Of a stretch of 64,000 bases of DNA, positions 7,836-18,187 are shown piece after piece. Position 1 is the stretch's first letter. Each line of letters starts with the position of its first letter. The DNA lies in assembly GCA_963836075.1 (NCBI GenBank), contig CAWIIB010000001.1, positions 1,152,001-1,216,000 of the forward strand. Reading direction: 5' to 3'. Under the pieces are notes generated by a model. It was given only the letters and a program-made list of their open reading frames with translations. It was not told where the DNA came from and did not search any database. The DNA comes from an uncultured Acidobacteriota bacterium (GTDB lineage Bacteria; Acidobacteriota; JAQAZP01). Both the position numbers and the translations under genes were made by a program.

Positions 7836-10499
7836 TCATTCAATGTATCCGAGGGCCCGGAGGTTTTCAGTCTCCTTATCGGAGAGTTTGGTTGGTCCCA
7901 TGTCTCCCCCACCCGGTATCCGCCAGACAAAGCAGCCGATCTTCGGATCCGACGGAACGATCGACTTGCCACTCCCCGCCAACAGTTCCGGACCAACCAA
8001 ATCCACCGGAACAGCGGGCGCGGGCTGGTTCCCCCCGCCGAGATAGATCGGCCACTCCGCGTGCTCGTCCAGGCTGTCAAGATGAAGGGTGGCACCCAAT
8101 TCTGGCCGTTCGAGGTCAAAGATAAATCCACGCGGCCATTTTTCCACACTGAACCTGAACCAGAGCCGCCGCCGATCTTCCGACAACCCGTAGGGCACGC
8201 CCTGAGAGCTGCTCAGTTTGATCCCCCGCACGGTGGTGATCGGCGTCTGGGCCACGATCTCACCTTTGACCGAAGTTTTTGTGGGATTGACGAATACCAC
8301 TCTCGTGCCACGCTCGGCCGCCTCCCGGTAAGTGGCCACACGGGCAGCCAGGGGAGCGGCCTGGGCCGCGTGTGATCCGAACAGGTTCTGTTGCTCTGCC
8401 GGGTCGGTTCCGAGATCGTAGAAAGCCTCCTCCTGCTGCGGGTCGAGCCGCAGGATATATTTGTAGTTACCGCTGGTCAGGCTGTAGAGTCTGTGCTTGT
8501 CCAGTGCCTGCTCGGCCAGAATCTCGACGGCCTCGGGATCACGCCCCGCCTCAACCGCAGCGGCGAAACTCGCTCCCGGCCCTGCCGGCCCCTCGATTTT
8601 GAGCCACTCGAGGAGTGAGGGCATCAGGTTGATCCCACTCACTGTTCCGCCCACCACGGTGCCCGCTTGCCGCTCCTCCGGCAGCCGCAGGAGCATGGGC
8701 AGTCGGAGCAGTTCCTCGTGCAGTGAATTCCCGTGACCCCAGTTCCGGTGGTCGTTGAGTTCCTCCCCGTGGTCAGAGAGAAAGAGGGTGTACGAGCTGT
8801 CATACAGCTTCAGCTTTTTCAGCATGCTGATGAAGCGGCCGAAGCAGTGGTCGCCAAAAGCAATTTCGCTGTCGTAGAGGGCCTCGAACTGCCGTTTTTC
8901 GGCTTCGGTGGCCACTCCCACCCACTGACCAGGATCACCCACCTTCTTGGTGAACCGCCCGCGGTAGACTTTATTGAACATCCGGCAGTACTCTGGCGGC
9001 GGTCGATAGGGGGAATGGGGATCGACGGTGTGGATGAAGAGAAAGAAGGGCTCATCACCAACCTCTTCAAGCCAGGGGACAAGATCGGAGAGTATTTTTA
9101 GAGTCCCGCGGCCTTCCCGGCTCCTATGGACACGGAAGGTGTATACCTCCTCGAAACCCCGGCAGATGTCCCAGCCCTTGGAGTGGAAGACGGCATTGGC
9201 GGAGAAAGCCGTGGTGCGGTATCCCGCTTCCCGCAGCACCTGGGCCAGGGTGGTCACCTGGGGCAACAATCGGTCAGTGCGGCCCACCGCGCCGTGAGCC
9301 GAGGGGTGGAGTCCGGTAAAGAGTGTGGCGATGGAGGCTTTGGTCCAAGAGCTGTTGGAGAGCATGTTCTGGAACTGGACGGCCTCCCGGGCAAAGGCGT
9401 CGGTGTGGGGCGTGGTTGCCCTCTGATAACCGTAGCAGCCCATGTGGTCCTCGCGCTGAGTGTCCACCAGCCAGACGATGAGCGACGGCTTCGACGCCTC
9501 CCCGGGGGGAGCAACTGACCGGAGCTGCGGCCGCACCCAGCCCACATTTCCAGCCAGGGGCAGACATGTCTTGCCCTTGAAAGTGGTGCCGAAGGTCAGA
9601 TCCACCCCTTCCCCGGCCAGGGCGCCCAGTTCGACCACGGCGGATTCAGCGGCCTGGGCCGGACTGTCGGGGCCCAGGATCACCTCTCTTTTGAAGAGCG
9701 ATCTCGAGAAAAATCCGCTCGAGGCGGTGACCTCGAAGACCAACTTCCCCTCTGGAACGGCAGCGGCCGGAAAGTCATACGCGGTCTCAAAGGTCAGCCG
9801 TGACGAACCGGCGGCCCGCAACCGGTAGGTCAGCCTGGTAGGCGGCGGTCCGGGGAGCAGTTGAGTCCGCCGGTTTTGGAACTGAATCATGCTGTAGGTG
9901 GGGGGGAGCACCAGCGCGCTAAGGCTGACACCAACGGCATCCAGCGTTTGGAGAGTCAGCAGGTTGGCCTGGGGCTGGAGAAGGCCCGCCGGCACCTTCA
10001 AGAAATAATTCCTTTCAGTTTCTCTGACCGACGTTTCCCCCAGGTCCTCCCCGTTGAGCATGATCCGAACCCGTCCGGACCGGGAGGCGCGCAAGGCCAT
10101 GCCGAGACGGGTGGCAGAGCGCTCCCAGGGGGAGTCGAACCGGAGCCGCACCTGGGGGGTGGAGGCCTGGGCATGAGCCGATTCAGGGCTCTTCCTGAAG
10201 CCGCTTTCCAGGAGCTGGGAGGATTTGTTGATGGCGATTGCCTGCTGGCCAAGATCCACCTCGGCTTCATTGAAAGCGGCAATAAAATCGTAGTTCTCCA
10301 CTTGCGGGAACTCCGGCCTGGTCTGGCAGCCGATGAAGAAAATGACAGGTAAGTAGATCAGGATCGTGGCCAGCTCCGCCAGGTGGAATTGGCTGCCCAG
10401 CCGTCGGCCGAATCGTTCCTCAACCTCAGCAAGTCTTCTCATCTGGAAATCTCCACACTTTCCATACCTGCGGTCTTCCTGGCCGGGAAGGGGACGCAT
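7836..10499 (-). CDS. large sulfatase-like (alkaline phosphatase superfamily) exported protein
   Basis: VDTQREDH, SSWTKASIATLFTG, HTVDPHSPY, YDSEI, SDHGEE, C-terminal LRALGYIE; hydrophobic N-region ending FFIGC (possible lipobox); start uncertain. Confidence 0.85.
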   Translation of the reverse strand: MRPLPGQEDRRYGKCGDFQMRRLAEVEERFGRRLGSQFHLAELATILIYLPVIFFIGCQTRPEFPQVENYDFIAAFNEAEVDLGQQAIAINKSSQLLESGFRKSPESAHAQASTPQVRLRFDSPWERSATRLGMALRASRSGRVRIMLNGEDLGETSVRETERNYFLKVPAGLLQPQANLLTLQTLDAVGVSLSALVLPPTYSMIQFQNRRTQLLPGPPPTRLTYRLRAAGSSRLTFETAYDFPAAAVPEGKLVFEVTASSGFFSRSLFKREVILGPDSPAQAAESAVVELGALAGEGVDLTFGTTFKGKTCLPLAGNVGWVRPQLRSVAPPGEASKPSLIVWLVDTQREDHMGCYGYQRATTPHTDAFAREAVQFQNMLSNSSWTKASIATLFTGLHPSAHGAVGRTDRLLPQVTTLAQVLREAGYRTTAFSANAVFHSKGWDICRGFEEVYTFRVHRSREGRGTLKILSDLVPWLEEVGDEPFFLFIHTVDPHSPYRPPPEYCRMFNKVYRGRFTKKVGDPGQWVGVATEAEKRQFEALYDSEIAFGDHCFGRFISMLKKLKLYDSSYTLFLSDHGEELNDHRNWGHGNSLHEELLRLPMLLRLPEERQAGTVVGGTVSGINLMPSLLEWLKIEGPAGPGASFAAAVEAGRDPEAVEILAEQALDKHRLYSLTSGNYKYILRLDPQQEEAFYDLGTDPAEQQNLFGSHAAQAAPLAARVATYREAAERGTRVVFVNPTKTSVKGEIVAQTPITTVRGIKLSSSQGVPYGLSEDRRRLWFRFSVEKWPRGFIFDLERPELGATLHLDSLDEHAEWPIYLGGGNQPAPAVPVDLVGPELLAGSGKSIVPSDPKIGCFVWRIPGGGDMGPTKLSDKETENLRALGYIE

Positions 10500-10904
10500 G
10501 ATCCTTCAGCATCCATTATCCAATCCCTGTAAATATTCCCCGCAGCGATAACGTCTTGATTCGAAAGAGAATTGTCTGAGGTTATTTACGTTTCGCAGCC
10601 GTCTCATCATATATGAATTCTTCAACGGAAAAGAGTAGGGAAGATCTTTTCCCGAGTCAATCCACTCAGGATGAACATGGGCCGTTTTACTCGTTGCCGA
10701 TTCTAAGTTTGAAGGGTTCGGGTGATTCTATATTGCCATGGAGCATACGATTGAACGCTGGAGATGAATACAACGGCGTCAGTTCTCGCGGTGAAGGATC
10801 TTTGGGGGAGTATACGGCTTTCGCCTGTGGCGGGGATTGTCAGTGTTCGCAAGGATTCAAGGGAATGGCGACCAAAACCGTTTTACATCGCCCACACGAA
10901 AGTC

Positions 10905-10940
10905 AAAACCCTCGCCCTGCTGGAAAAGCAAGGCGAGGGT
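10905..10940 (-). terminator. intrinsic terminator after tRNA-Ser(GCT)
   Basis: ACCCTCGCC...GGCGAGGGT stem followed by TTTT on the minus strand. Confidence 0.7.
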
Positions 10941-10955
10941 CCGAATTGTTGGGGC

Positions 10956-11045
<90 letters not shown>

Positions 11046-11113
11046 ATATGTCTGTTTCACGCTCCGCGGTTCAATCGTGTGGTGACGATTCCCCCCGGAT
11101 CGCGTGTCAAGGC

Positions 11114-11199
11114 TGGCGGAGGGAGTAGGATTCGAACCCACGGAACTTGCGTTCAACGGTTTTCAAGACCGCCGCCTTCGACCACTCGGCCATCCCTCC
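11114..11199 (-). tRNA. tRNA-Ser(TGA)
   Basis: GGAGGGATG...GCGGT-CT-TGA-AA-ACCGT, long variable arm, GGTTCGAATCC, CCA end. Confidence 0.95.
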
Positions 11200-11222
11200 G
11201 TGTCACGCCTCAAAACGTGGTG

Positions 11223-11251
11223 AGTCTAGGGAATGCGGTTGGGGATGTCAA
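11223..11251 (-). promoter_or_regulatory. sigma70-type promoter for the tRNA-Ser pair
   Basis: TTGACA-17 nt-TAGACT. Confidence 0.7.
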
Positions 11252-11254
11252 GGT

Positions 11255-12535
11255 TTACCGGAGGACATCCATCCCGTCCATGTAGGGCTGCAGCGCCTCG
11301 GGGATGCGCACGCTGCCGTCGGCCTGCTGGTACTGTTCCAGCAGGGCCACCATGGTGCGCCCCACTGCCAGGCCCGACCCGTTGAGGGTGTGCACGTATT
11401 CCGCCTTGCCGCCCCCCTCGGGCTTGAAGCGTATCCCGGCCCGGCGGGCCTGAAAATCCTCGAAATTGGAGCAGGACGAGATCTCGCGGTAGGTGTTCTG
11501 GCTCGGCACCCAGACCTCCAGGTCGTAGGTCTTGGCCGCTGAGAAGCCGAGGTCGCCGGTGCAGAGGCTCACCACCCGGTAGTGCAGCCCCAGCCGCTGG
11601 AGTACCGCCTCGGCGTGGCCGGTGAGCCGCTCCAGTTCGTTGTAGGATTCGTCCGGTTCCACAAAACTGACCAGTTCCACCTTGTTGAACTGGTGCTGCC
11701 GGATCAGGCCCTTGGTGTCCTTGCCCCAGGAGCCGGCCTCACTGCGGAAGCAGGGGGTGAAGGCCGTGTAGCGGATGGGCAGCTCCGCGCCCTTCAGACG
11801 TTCGCCGGCATGGATGTTGGTCACCGGCACCTCGGCGGTGGGAATCAGGTAGTAGTCCAGCCCCTCCTGCTTCTCCAGCTTGAACAGGTCCTCGGCAAAC
11901 TTCGGCAGTTGGCCGGTGGCGAAGAGGCTGCCAGCGTTGACGATATACGGCGGTATCACCTCGAGATAGCCGTGCTCCCTGGTCTGCATGTCGAGCATCA
12001 GGCTGGCCAGCCCCCGCTCCATCCGGGCCCCGTCCCCGCGGAGCAGCGCAAAGCGGCTGCCGGTCATCCGGGCCGCCCGCTTGAAGTCAACGATGCCCAG
12101 TTCCACGCCCAGGTCGTCGTGGGCTTTGACCGGGAAATCCATCAACGGCTTGTCGCCCACCACCCGTACCACCGGATTGTCTTTTTCGCTGGCGCCCAGG
12201 GGCACCGAAGCGTGCGGCAGGTTGGGGATCCGCTCGATGATCCGCTGCAGCGTGGCCTCGCACTCCTTGAGCCGCTGGTCGCTCTCCCTGATCGACTCGG
12301 AAAGCTGCCGCACCTCGGCCTGTGCTGCGGAAGCGTCCTGCCCCTGCTTGCGCAGGGCGCCGATTTCTTTGGACCGCACGTTCCGCTCCTGTTTGCGGCT
12401 CTCCACCTCCGTCAGCAGGCGGCGACGCTCGCCGTCGCACTGGATGAACTCATCCAGGTTCAATTCTTCACCGCGGGTCGCGATCTTGGCGATCAGCGCC
12501 TCGACGTTTTCGCGGACGAACGAAAGGTCATACAT
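11255..12535 (-). CDS. serS: serine--tRNA ligase
   Basis: N-terminal coiled coil, [39 protein letters not shown]. Confidence 0.97.
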   Translation of the reverse strand: MYDLSFVRENVEALIAKIATRGEELNLDEFIQCDGERRRLLTEVESRKQERNVRSKEIGALRKQGQDASAAQAEVRQLSESIRESDQRLKECEATLQRIIERIPNLPHASVPLGASEKDNPVVRVVGDKPLMDFPVKAHDDLGVELGIVDFKRAARMTGSRFALLRGDGARMERGLASLMLDMQTREHGYLEVIPPYIVNAGSLFATGQLPKFAEDLFKLEKQEGLDYYLIPTAEVPVTNIHAGERLKGAELPIRYTAFTPCFRSEAGSWGKDTKGLIRQHQFNKVELVSFVEPDESYNELERLTGHAEAVLQRLGLHYRVVSLCTGDLGFSAAKTYDLEVWVPSQNTYREISSCSNFEDFQARRAGIRFKPEGGGKAEYVHTLNGSGLAVGRTMVALLEQYQQADGSVRIPEALQPYMDGMDVLR

Positions 12536-12928
12536 CAAATCTCACCTGTGGGCCCGTCGCACCCGATTGCCATGCCGGCCCGGGACCGCCGGCGTGCACC
12601 GGCAACCGTCCCCGTTAAAAAAAGCGCCCCGCCGTGAGCGGCGATCTTCACCAAAACCAGACCCGAAAAAACCGCTATTGTTTGCGTATCAAGCACTTGG
12701 AATTTCAGCAGTCCCGGGTGGAGGAGCCCCAATCTATCCGAAGCGCCGGTTCTTGTCAAATCCAGCAACCACGGGGTTTTGCAGTGCATCTCATCCATGC
12801 TATGATCGGTCACGTATTCCTCCACTACGACAAAGTTGTTCGGCCCCCGGGGGAAGTGTCGGTGAATGCGATCAGGGGGGGCGTTAGAGGCGGCCTCAGC
12901 AGACGGAAATTAACGAACACAATTTCAG

Positions 12929-13897
12929 ATGACCATGCCACAAGCGGCACTGCCACAGGATACTGCCGACGAGAGGGTGGATGCTCTCTTCGGCCTGCTG
13001 CCCGACGATACCCGGCTGATCCTCCGCCGGGACAAGGGGGGCACTCTGCGGCTCTCCATCCCCGGAGTGCGGGCCCGGCTCCCCCTGGTGGTGGTGGACG
13101 GCCAGGAGCCGGACCAGGAGTCGGTGGAACAGGCGGAATCGTTCGCCCGCCGTGGCCGCTCCTTCGTGGTGTTGATCACCCCCGGCGACCCTGACCCCGA
13201 GGTGCTGTACTGGGCATACAGCCTGAAGGGGTGCCAGGTGGTGGAAGTTCCCCCCGAACGCACCCGGTCAGCCGTAAGGCGCCTGGAGTGCCTGGTCTGC
13301 CAGCGCGACCGGCGCAACCTGTCCCCGGAACCCCCGGGCCCCTCGGCAGCGCGCCAGCTGGGCCGCGGGCCGCTCTCGCGGCTCTCCTCCGGCAACCGGC
13401 CCAGGGCGGTGGCCAATATTTTTCAGCAGCTCTTCGAGGAGTGGGCCGAAGAACTGGGCATCCCGCTCAAAGCCCTCTCCCCTTCCGCGGTGGAACTACT
13501 GGTCAACCGGCTGCACAGCCGCAAGTTGACCGATTTCCGGCGACTTTCCCGTGACCTGTCCGTTCGCTGGACCCAGCCGGCCATCGACCGCCAGGCGGTC
13601 CTCGAGTTTGAGGACGGCCACCCGCGGCAGGGCGGCAGCCACGAGGAGGAGATGAACCCGCTGCGCCGGGCCCTCTTCACCCTGCTCAACGGGCAGTCAG
13701 AATCCCCTTTCACCGCGGAAGCGTTCCAGCAGGCCCCGATGGGGCTCGAGCGGGCGATCATCTCCATGGCGCTGGCCCACGCCCGCGGCACGCAGACCCG
13801 TGCCGCCAAATTGCTGGGCATCACCCGCAGTACGTTGCAGACCCGTCTCAAGCAGCTGGAGATCGACCCGAACGCGTTCAAACGCAACAATTCATAG
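12929..13897 (+). CDS. Fis-type HTH regulator with degenerate N-terminal domains
   Basis: C-terminal LERAIISMALAHARGTQTRAAKLLGITRSTLQTRLKQL; LSPSAVELL resembles the end of a sigma54-activator AAA domain, but there is no Walker A or GAFTGA. Confidence 0.7.
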   Translation: MTMPQAALPQDTADERVDALFGLLPDDTRLILRRDKGGTLRLSIPGVRARLPLVVVDGQEPDQESVEQAESFARRGRSFVVLITPGDPDPEVLYWAYSLKGCQVVEVPPERTRSAVRRLECLVCQRDRRNLSPEPPGPSAARQLGRGPLSRLSSGNRPRAVANIFQQLFEEWAEELGIPLKALSPSAVELLVNRLHSRKLTDFRRLSRDLSVRWTQPAIDRQAVLEFEDGHPRQGGSHEEEMNPLRRALFTLLNGQSESPFTAEAFQQAPMGLERAIISMALAHARGTQTRAAKLLGITRSTLQTRLKQLEIDPNAFKRNNS

Positions 13898-13938
13898 CAG
13901 CCTCGACAACGGGCAATCATGGTTCCAGGGAGGCAGGA

Positions 13939-15504
13939 ATGGCCAGCGAAAACGGTTCGGACGCCTTCAAGCTTTACTACCGTCTGGGAAGCAAAGACTA
14001 CCTCTTTCTCAACCTGATGATCGGCTTCGAACGCACGCTGCGGCTTTATGACCTGCGGGGCGACTCCAAGTATTTCGGGCCGCACTACATGCGCCGGCTG
14101 GGGCGGGCCCTGGGATCCCGCCTGGAAGAGGGCCAGTATCTGGCGGTGAGCGGCGACAACCGCGAGAGCACCGAGCCGCTGAAGAAAGCGCTGATCAAGG
14201 CGGTGAACGAGACCGGCGTCAACGTGCTCGATCTGGGCATGACCCCCACCCCGGTGACCTACCTGGCCAACTTTCTCGTGGAGGACCTGCCGGTGGCCGG
14301 GTCGGTGATGATCACCGCCTCGCACTGCGAGAAACACGAGAACGGGATGAAGATCGTGGTCAAACAGCGGCCGCTGTGCGGTGACCAGCTGAAGTCGCTG
14401 GCCATGGATGCGCTCAACGACAACTGGCGCATTTCCACCACCCCGGGCATCCGGCAACGGCACAACATCAATCCCCAGTACAACCGGATTGTCGACCGCA
14501 TGGTGGACCAGTTGCGCGGCAAAATGAATCGTGAACTGCTGGCCACGGTGGTCATCGATGGCGGGCACGGCCTGATCGGCCCCCGGGCGACCAAGGTCTA
14601 CGAGCGCGACCTCGGCCTTTACACCCACAAGCTCTACTGCTCACCGGACCGCTCCTTCTCCGCCCACTCTCCCGATCCCTCGCGGAAGCTGAACATGATC
14701 AACCTGGCCAGCACGGTCTCCTCGTACCAGGAGTCGGCGATCCTCGGCCTGGCCTTTGACGGTGACGGTGACCGCCTGAGTGTGGTGGACGGCAACGGCA
14801 GGATGTATTTCGGCCCCGAGCTGACCACGCTTTTCCTGGTGCAGCAGGTTCGGGGTGCGGGCGAGGCGCGATTCGCCGCCGACACCCAGCTGCCGCTGTC
14901 GGTCATCCGCTGGATTGCCGGCAACCTGCAGGACGGCCTCTGCATCATCCGCGAGCCCGGCAACCCGCAGTTCAAGGAAACGATCCTCGAGGAACGGCTG
15001 CTCTTCGGCGGGGAGACCTCCGGCCACTTCCTCTTCACTCCGCTGGACGAGGACCAGCGCTACCGCCACGTGGCGGTGGACGACGCCCTGCTGGCCAGCC
15101 TGCACCTGGTGCAGTCGGTCTACGCCTCGGGGAAGAACTTCCGCCAGATGGCCGAAGGGATCCTGAACGAGGTGGACGACGGGTCGACAAAGGTCTGGTC
15201 CAAGCGGTTCGCCTTGCCCGAAGAGCACCGGGTGGCCCTGCTGCGCGAGGTGTCGTCGAGGTTCAAGACCAGTATCCCCGATCTGGGACCCAGGTTGCAG
15301 TTCCGCTGCAGCGAGTCGATAAAGCACTTCTCGAAGAAAATGGACGAAGTGCTCACCATCCGTCCCTCGCAGACCGAGCCGATCCTCAAGGTGCAGTGGG
15401 AAGGGCCCGAGGGATCGAAATCGAAAGCCACGGCCGGACTGAAGAACGAGCTGATCGAATGCTACCGCAGGGCCGGTGCCCCGCTGCCCCGGAACCTGTC
15501 CTGA
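13939..15504 (+). CDS. alpha-D-phosphohexomutase (PMM/PGM-like), divergent
   Basis: YDLRG, PTP, ITASHC (phosphoserine loop), FDGDGDR, GETSGH, RPSQTEP. Confidence 0.85.
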   Translation: MASENGSDAFKLYYRLGSKDYLFLNLMIGFERTLRLYDLRGDSKYFGPHYMRRLGRALGSRLEEGQYLAVSGDNRESTEPLKKALIKAVNETGVNVLDLGMTPTPVTYLANFLVEDLPVAGSVMITASHCEKHENGMKIVVKQRPLCGDQLKSLAMDALNDNWRISTTPGIRQRHNINPQYNRIVDRMVDQLRGKMNRELLATVVIDGGHGLIGPRATKVYERDLGLYTHKLYCSPDRSFSAHSPDPSRKLNMINLASTVSSYQESAILGLAFDGDGDRLSVVDGNGRMYFGPELTTLFLVQQVRGAGEARFAADTQLPLSVIRWIAGNLQDGLCIIREPGNPQFKETILEERLLFGGETSGHFLFTPLDEDQRYRHVAVDDALLASLHLVQSVYASGKNFRQMAEGILNEVDDGSTKVWSKRFALPEEHRVALLREVSSRFKTSIPDLGPRLQFRCSESIKHFSKKMDEVLTIRPSQTEPILKVQWEGPEGSKSKATAGLKNELIECYRRAGAPLPRNLS

Positions 15505-15545
15505 TCGTGAGGTCCGATCACGCCGGCCTCGCACCACCCCCCTCT

Positions 15546-15573
15546 TTGGCCGCCTTCACCGGTCGGGTATAAT
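15546..15573 (+). promoter_or_regulatory. putative sigma70 promoter of the TRAP operon
   Basis: TTGGCC-16 nt-TATAAT about 55 nt upstream of the TatT gene. Confidence 0.5.
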
Positions 15574-15627
15574 GATCCGGACCGTCAATTTGGAAACCAT
15601 TACACTGGTCAGAGAAAGGGAACAGGG

Positions 15628-16542
15628 ATGATCAGACCTCGTCCGGCCGCCGGCAGGAGCAGAATCGAGCGGTGTGCGGCAGTTGCCCTGCTGATCTGCC
15701 TGGCCGTTCTGCCGCTCACCGGCTGCGGCCTGACAAAGAAACTGCCGGCAAAGATGATGGGCTCCACTTTTGACGGACTGAGCGACGCCATTGCCAGCCA
15801 GCCCGATGTGCGGATGGTGCAGGATGCGCTGCCGGCCTACATGCTGCTGATGGACGGGCTGCTGATCTCTTCACCCGACGACGTGGCCCTGCTGCGCACC
15901 GCTGCCCGTTCCTATTCCTCCTATGCCTCGGCCTTTGTCCCCGAGGAAGAGCCGGAGCGGCTGGTCCACCTCTATTCCCGCGCCAGGAGCTACAGCCTGC
16001 GCCTGCTGGACCAGACCCGGCCGGAAATCGCTGCCGCCCTGCGCGGTCCCAGTCGGGATTTCGAGGGGATTCTCCCCACCATCGTCAGGGAGGACGTCCC
16101 CGATGTATTTCTTGCCGGAAGCTGCCTTGCCGGCTGGATTACAGCCAACAAGGATTCAATGGCCGCCATCGCCGAACAGCCGAAGCTGGTGGCCTTGATG
16201 GAGCGGCTGCTGGAACTTGACGAGGGGCACTTCTACGGCGGCCCGCACCTCTTCTTCGGGATCTATTACGGAGTCAAGCCCGAGGCCTTCGGTGGCAAAC
16301 CGGAGCAGTCGCGAGCCCACTTCGAGCGGGCGCTGGAGTTCAGCGGGGAGAAATTCCTAATGACCAGAGTGCTCTACGCCGAGTATTACGCCCGGCAGGT
16401 GTTCGACCAGGAACTATACGAATCGCTGCTCCGCCAGGTTCTGGATGCGCCGGTGGAGGATTACCCGGAGAGCCGGCTGATGAACGAGGTGGCCCGGATC
16501 AAGGCCCGGACGCTGCTGGAGCTGTCCGAAGACTATTTCTGA
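15628..16542 (+). CDS. TRAP transporter TatT component (TPR-like lipoprotein)
   Basis: Lipobox LTGC; LELDEGHFYGGPH..FGGKPEQSRAHFERAL; first gene of the DctP/Q/M operon. Confidence 0.85.
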   Translation: MIRPRPAAGRSRIERCAAVALLICLAVLPLTGCGLTKKLPAKMMGSTFDGLSDAIASQPDVRMVQDALPAYMLLMDGLLISSPDDVALLRTAARSYSSYASAFVPEEEPERLVHLYSRARSYSLRLLDQTRPEIAAALRGPSRDFEGILPTIVREDVPDVFLAGSCLAGWITANKDSMAAIAEQPKLVALMERLLELDEGHFYGGPHLFFGIYYGVKPEAFGGKPEQSRAHFERALEFSGEKFLMTRVLYAEYYARQVFDQELYESLLRQVLDAPVEDYPESRLMNEVARIKARTLLELSEDYF

Positions 16543-16601
16543 CAACCAGTCCGCACCTGCCCTGCCTGAATCAGAGCAGGTTTTCTTAGGGAGGTTTGCA
16601 C

Positions 16602-17660
16602 ATGACCAGGCAAGGCAGGTGGCCGGTCTTCAATTTGACCCTGATCGCCGTTTTCGCCCTCACCGTCCTGCTGGCCGGGACCCGGGCCAGCGCAGCGACA
16701 AAACGGTTGGGCAAAGCCACACACACGATCAAGGTGGCCACCCTCGCCCCGGACGGCAGCACCTGGATGGACATCTTCCACGAGATGAATGCCGAGGTCT
16801 ACGAAAAGACCGGGCAGCAGGTGAAGTTCAAGGTCTACCCCGGAGGCGTGCTGGGCAGCGAGTCGGATGTGATCCGCAAGATCCGGGTGGGCCAGGTCCA
16901 CGGCAGCGCTTTCACCGGCACCGGTCTGACCGAGATTTACCCCGACCTGCGGGCCATGGGGTTGCCGCTGCTCTTCCGGAGCCACCAGGAGTTCAACTAC
17001 GTTCTGGACAAGCTCCAGCCGCGGCTGGAGCAGGAATTCGGCAAGAAGGGCTACGTGATCCTCGGCTGGCCCCAGCTCGGTTTCACCTACTGCTTCTCGC
17101 GCAGGGAGATCCGCAGCGTGGAGGACCTGCGCCAGGCCAAGCCCTGGATGTGGGGCAACGACCCGATCATGAGCACCATCTTCAGTGAGGCCCGGGTCAA
17201 CCCGGTGAGCGTCGATGTGGGCGACGTGCTCACCGGTCTGCAGACCGGATTGCTGGATACGGCATTCAATACCCCCCTGGGCGTTATCGCCCTGCAGTGG
17301 TTCACCCGGCTGGAAACGATGACCGACCTGCCGCTGACCTACTCCACCGGCGGCCTGCTGGTGACGAAAAAGAGCTTCGGCAGCCTGCCGCCCGGCCTGC
17401 AGCAGACGGTCAATGACATCTGCAGGAAGCACATCGACCGACTGTCCAGAGAAACGCGCAAGGAGAACAAGGAGGCGGTGGAGGTCTTCAAGAAAGAAGG
17501 CATCCGCGTGGTCCAGCCCACCAAGGAAGGGCTGCGGCAGTTCAGGGAACTCAGCAGCCAGGTGGAAGCCAGGCTCAAGGGAAATGGCTACTCAGCCGAA
17601 TTCCACGCCCTGGTCACGGGCTACCTGGAAGAGTTTCGCCAGGCGCAGGGAGGCGAATGA
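16602..17660 (+). CDS. dctP: TRAP substrate-binding protein DctP (TatP type)
   Basis: IKVATLAPDGSTW, YPGGVLGSE, LQTGLLD, ALQW; signal peptide. Confidence 0.9.
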   Translation: MTRQGRWPVFNLTLIAVFALTVLLAGTRASAATKRLGKATHTIKVATLAPDGSTWMDIFHEMNAEVYEKTGQQVKFKVYPGGVLGSESDVIRKIRVGQVHGSAFTGTGLTEIYPDLRAMGLPLLFRSHQEFNYVLDKLQPRLEQEFGKKGYVILGWPQLGFTYCFSRREIRSVEDLRQAKPWMWGNDPIMSTIFSEARVNPVSVDVGDVLTGLQTGLLDTAFNTPLGVIALQWFTRLETMTDLPLTYSTGGLLVTKKSFGSLPPGLQQTVNDICRKHIDRLSRETRKENKEAVEVFKKEGIRVVQPTKEGLRQFRELSSQVEARLKGNGYSAEFHALVTGYLEEFRQAQGGE

Positions 17661-18187
17661 GCGAGCGCGGAACAACCGGCCGGGGCGTGATCCGGACCCT
17701 GCACCAGTTGGAGTCCGGTCTGATGACCACTCTCATGGTGGCCATGATCCTGATGGCCTTTGGCCAGATTGTCCTGCGCAACATCTTCGAGGTCAGCATT
17801 CTCTGGGCCGATCCGTTCCTGCGCCACCTGGTGCTCTGGACCGGCATGCTCGGCGCCGCCATGGCCACCCGTGACGGCCGGCACATCAAGATGGACGTCC
17901 TGCCCCAGTTGCTGCCGCCCCGCGGGAAGGCGATTCTCTCCGCGCTGACCAACCTCTTCTCTGCCGGTATCTGTTGCATCCTGTCCTGGGCGGCGGTGCG
18001 GTTCGTCCGGGACGAGCTGGAGTTCGGCGGAACCGCGTTCCTCGACATCCCCACCTGGATCGTCCAGCTGATCCTGCCCGCCGCATTCGTCATCATCACT
18101 GTCCGTTTTTTCATCTTTGCCATCACCTCGGCGCGCAGCGCCTGGCGGAACGATGCGGACGAGACCTTCGGGGAGGATGCGGCATGA
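17657..18187 (+). CDS. dctQ: TRAP small permease DctQ
   Basis: Four TM segments, GAAMATRDGRHIKMD; ATGA overlap with dctP. Confidence 0.9.
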   Translation: MSERGTTGRGVIRTLHQLESGLMTTLMVAMILMAFGQIVLRNIFEVSILWADPFLRHLVLWTGMLGAAMATRDGRHIKMDVLPQLLPPRGKAILSALTNLFSAGICCILSWAAVRFVRDELEFGGTAFLDIPTWIVQLILPAAFVIITVRFFIFAITSARSAWRNDADETFGEDAA

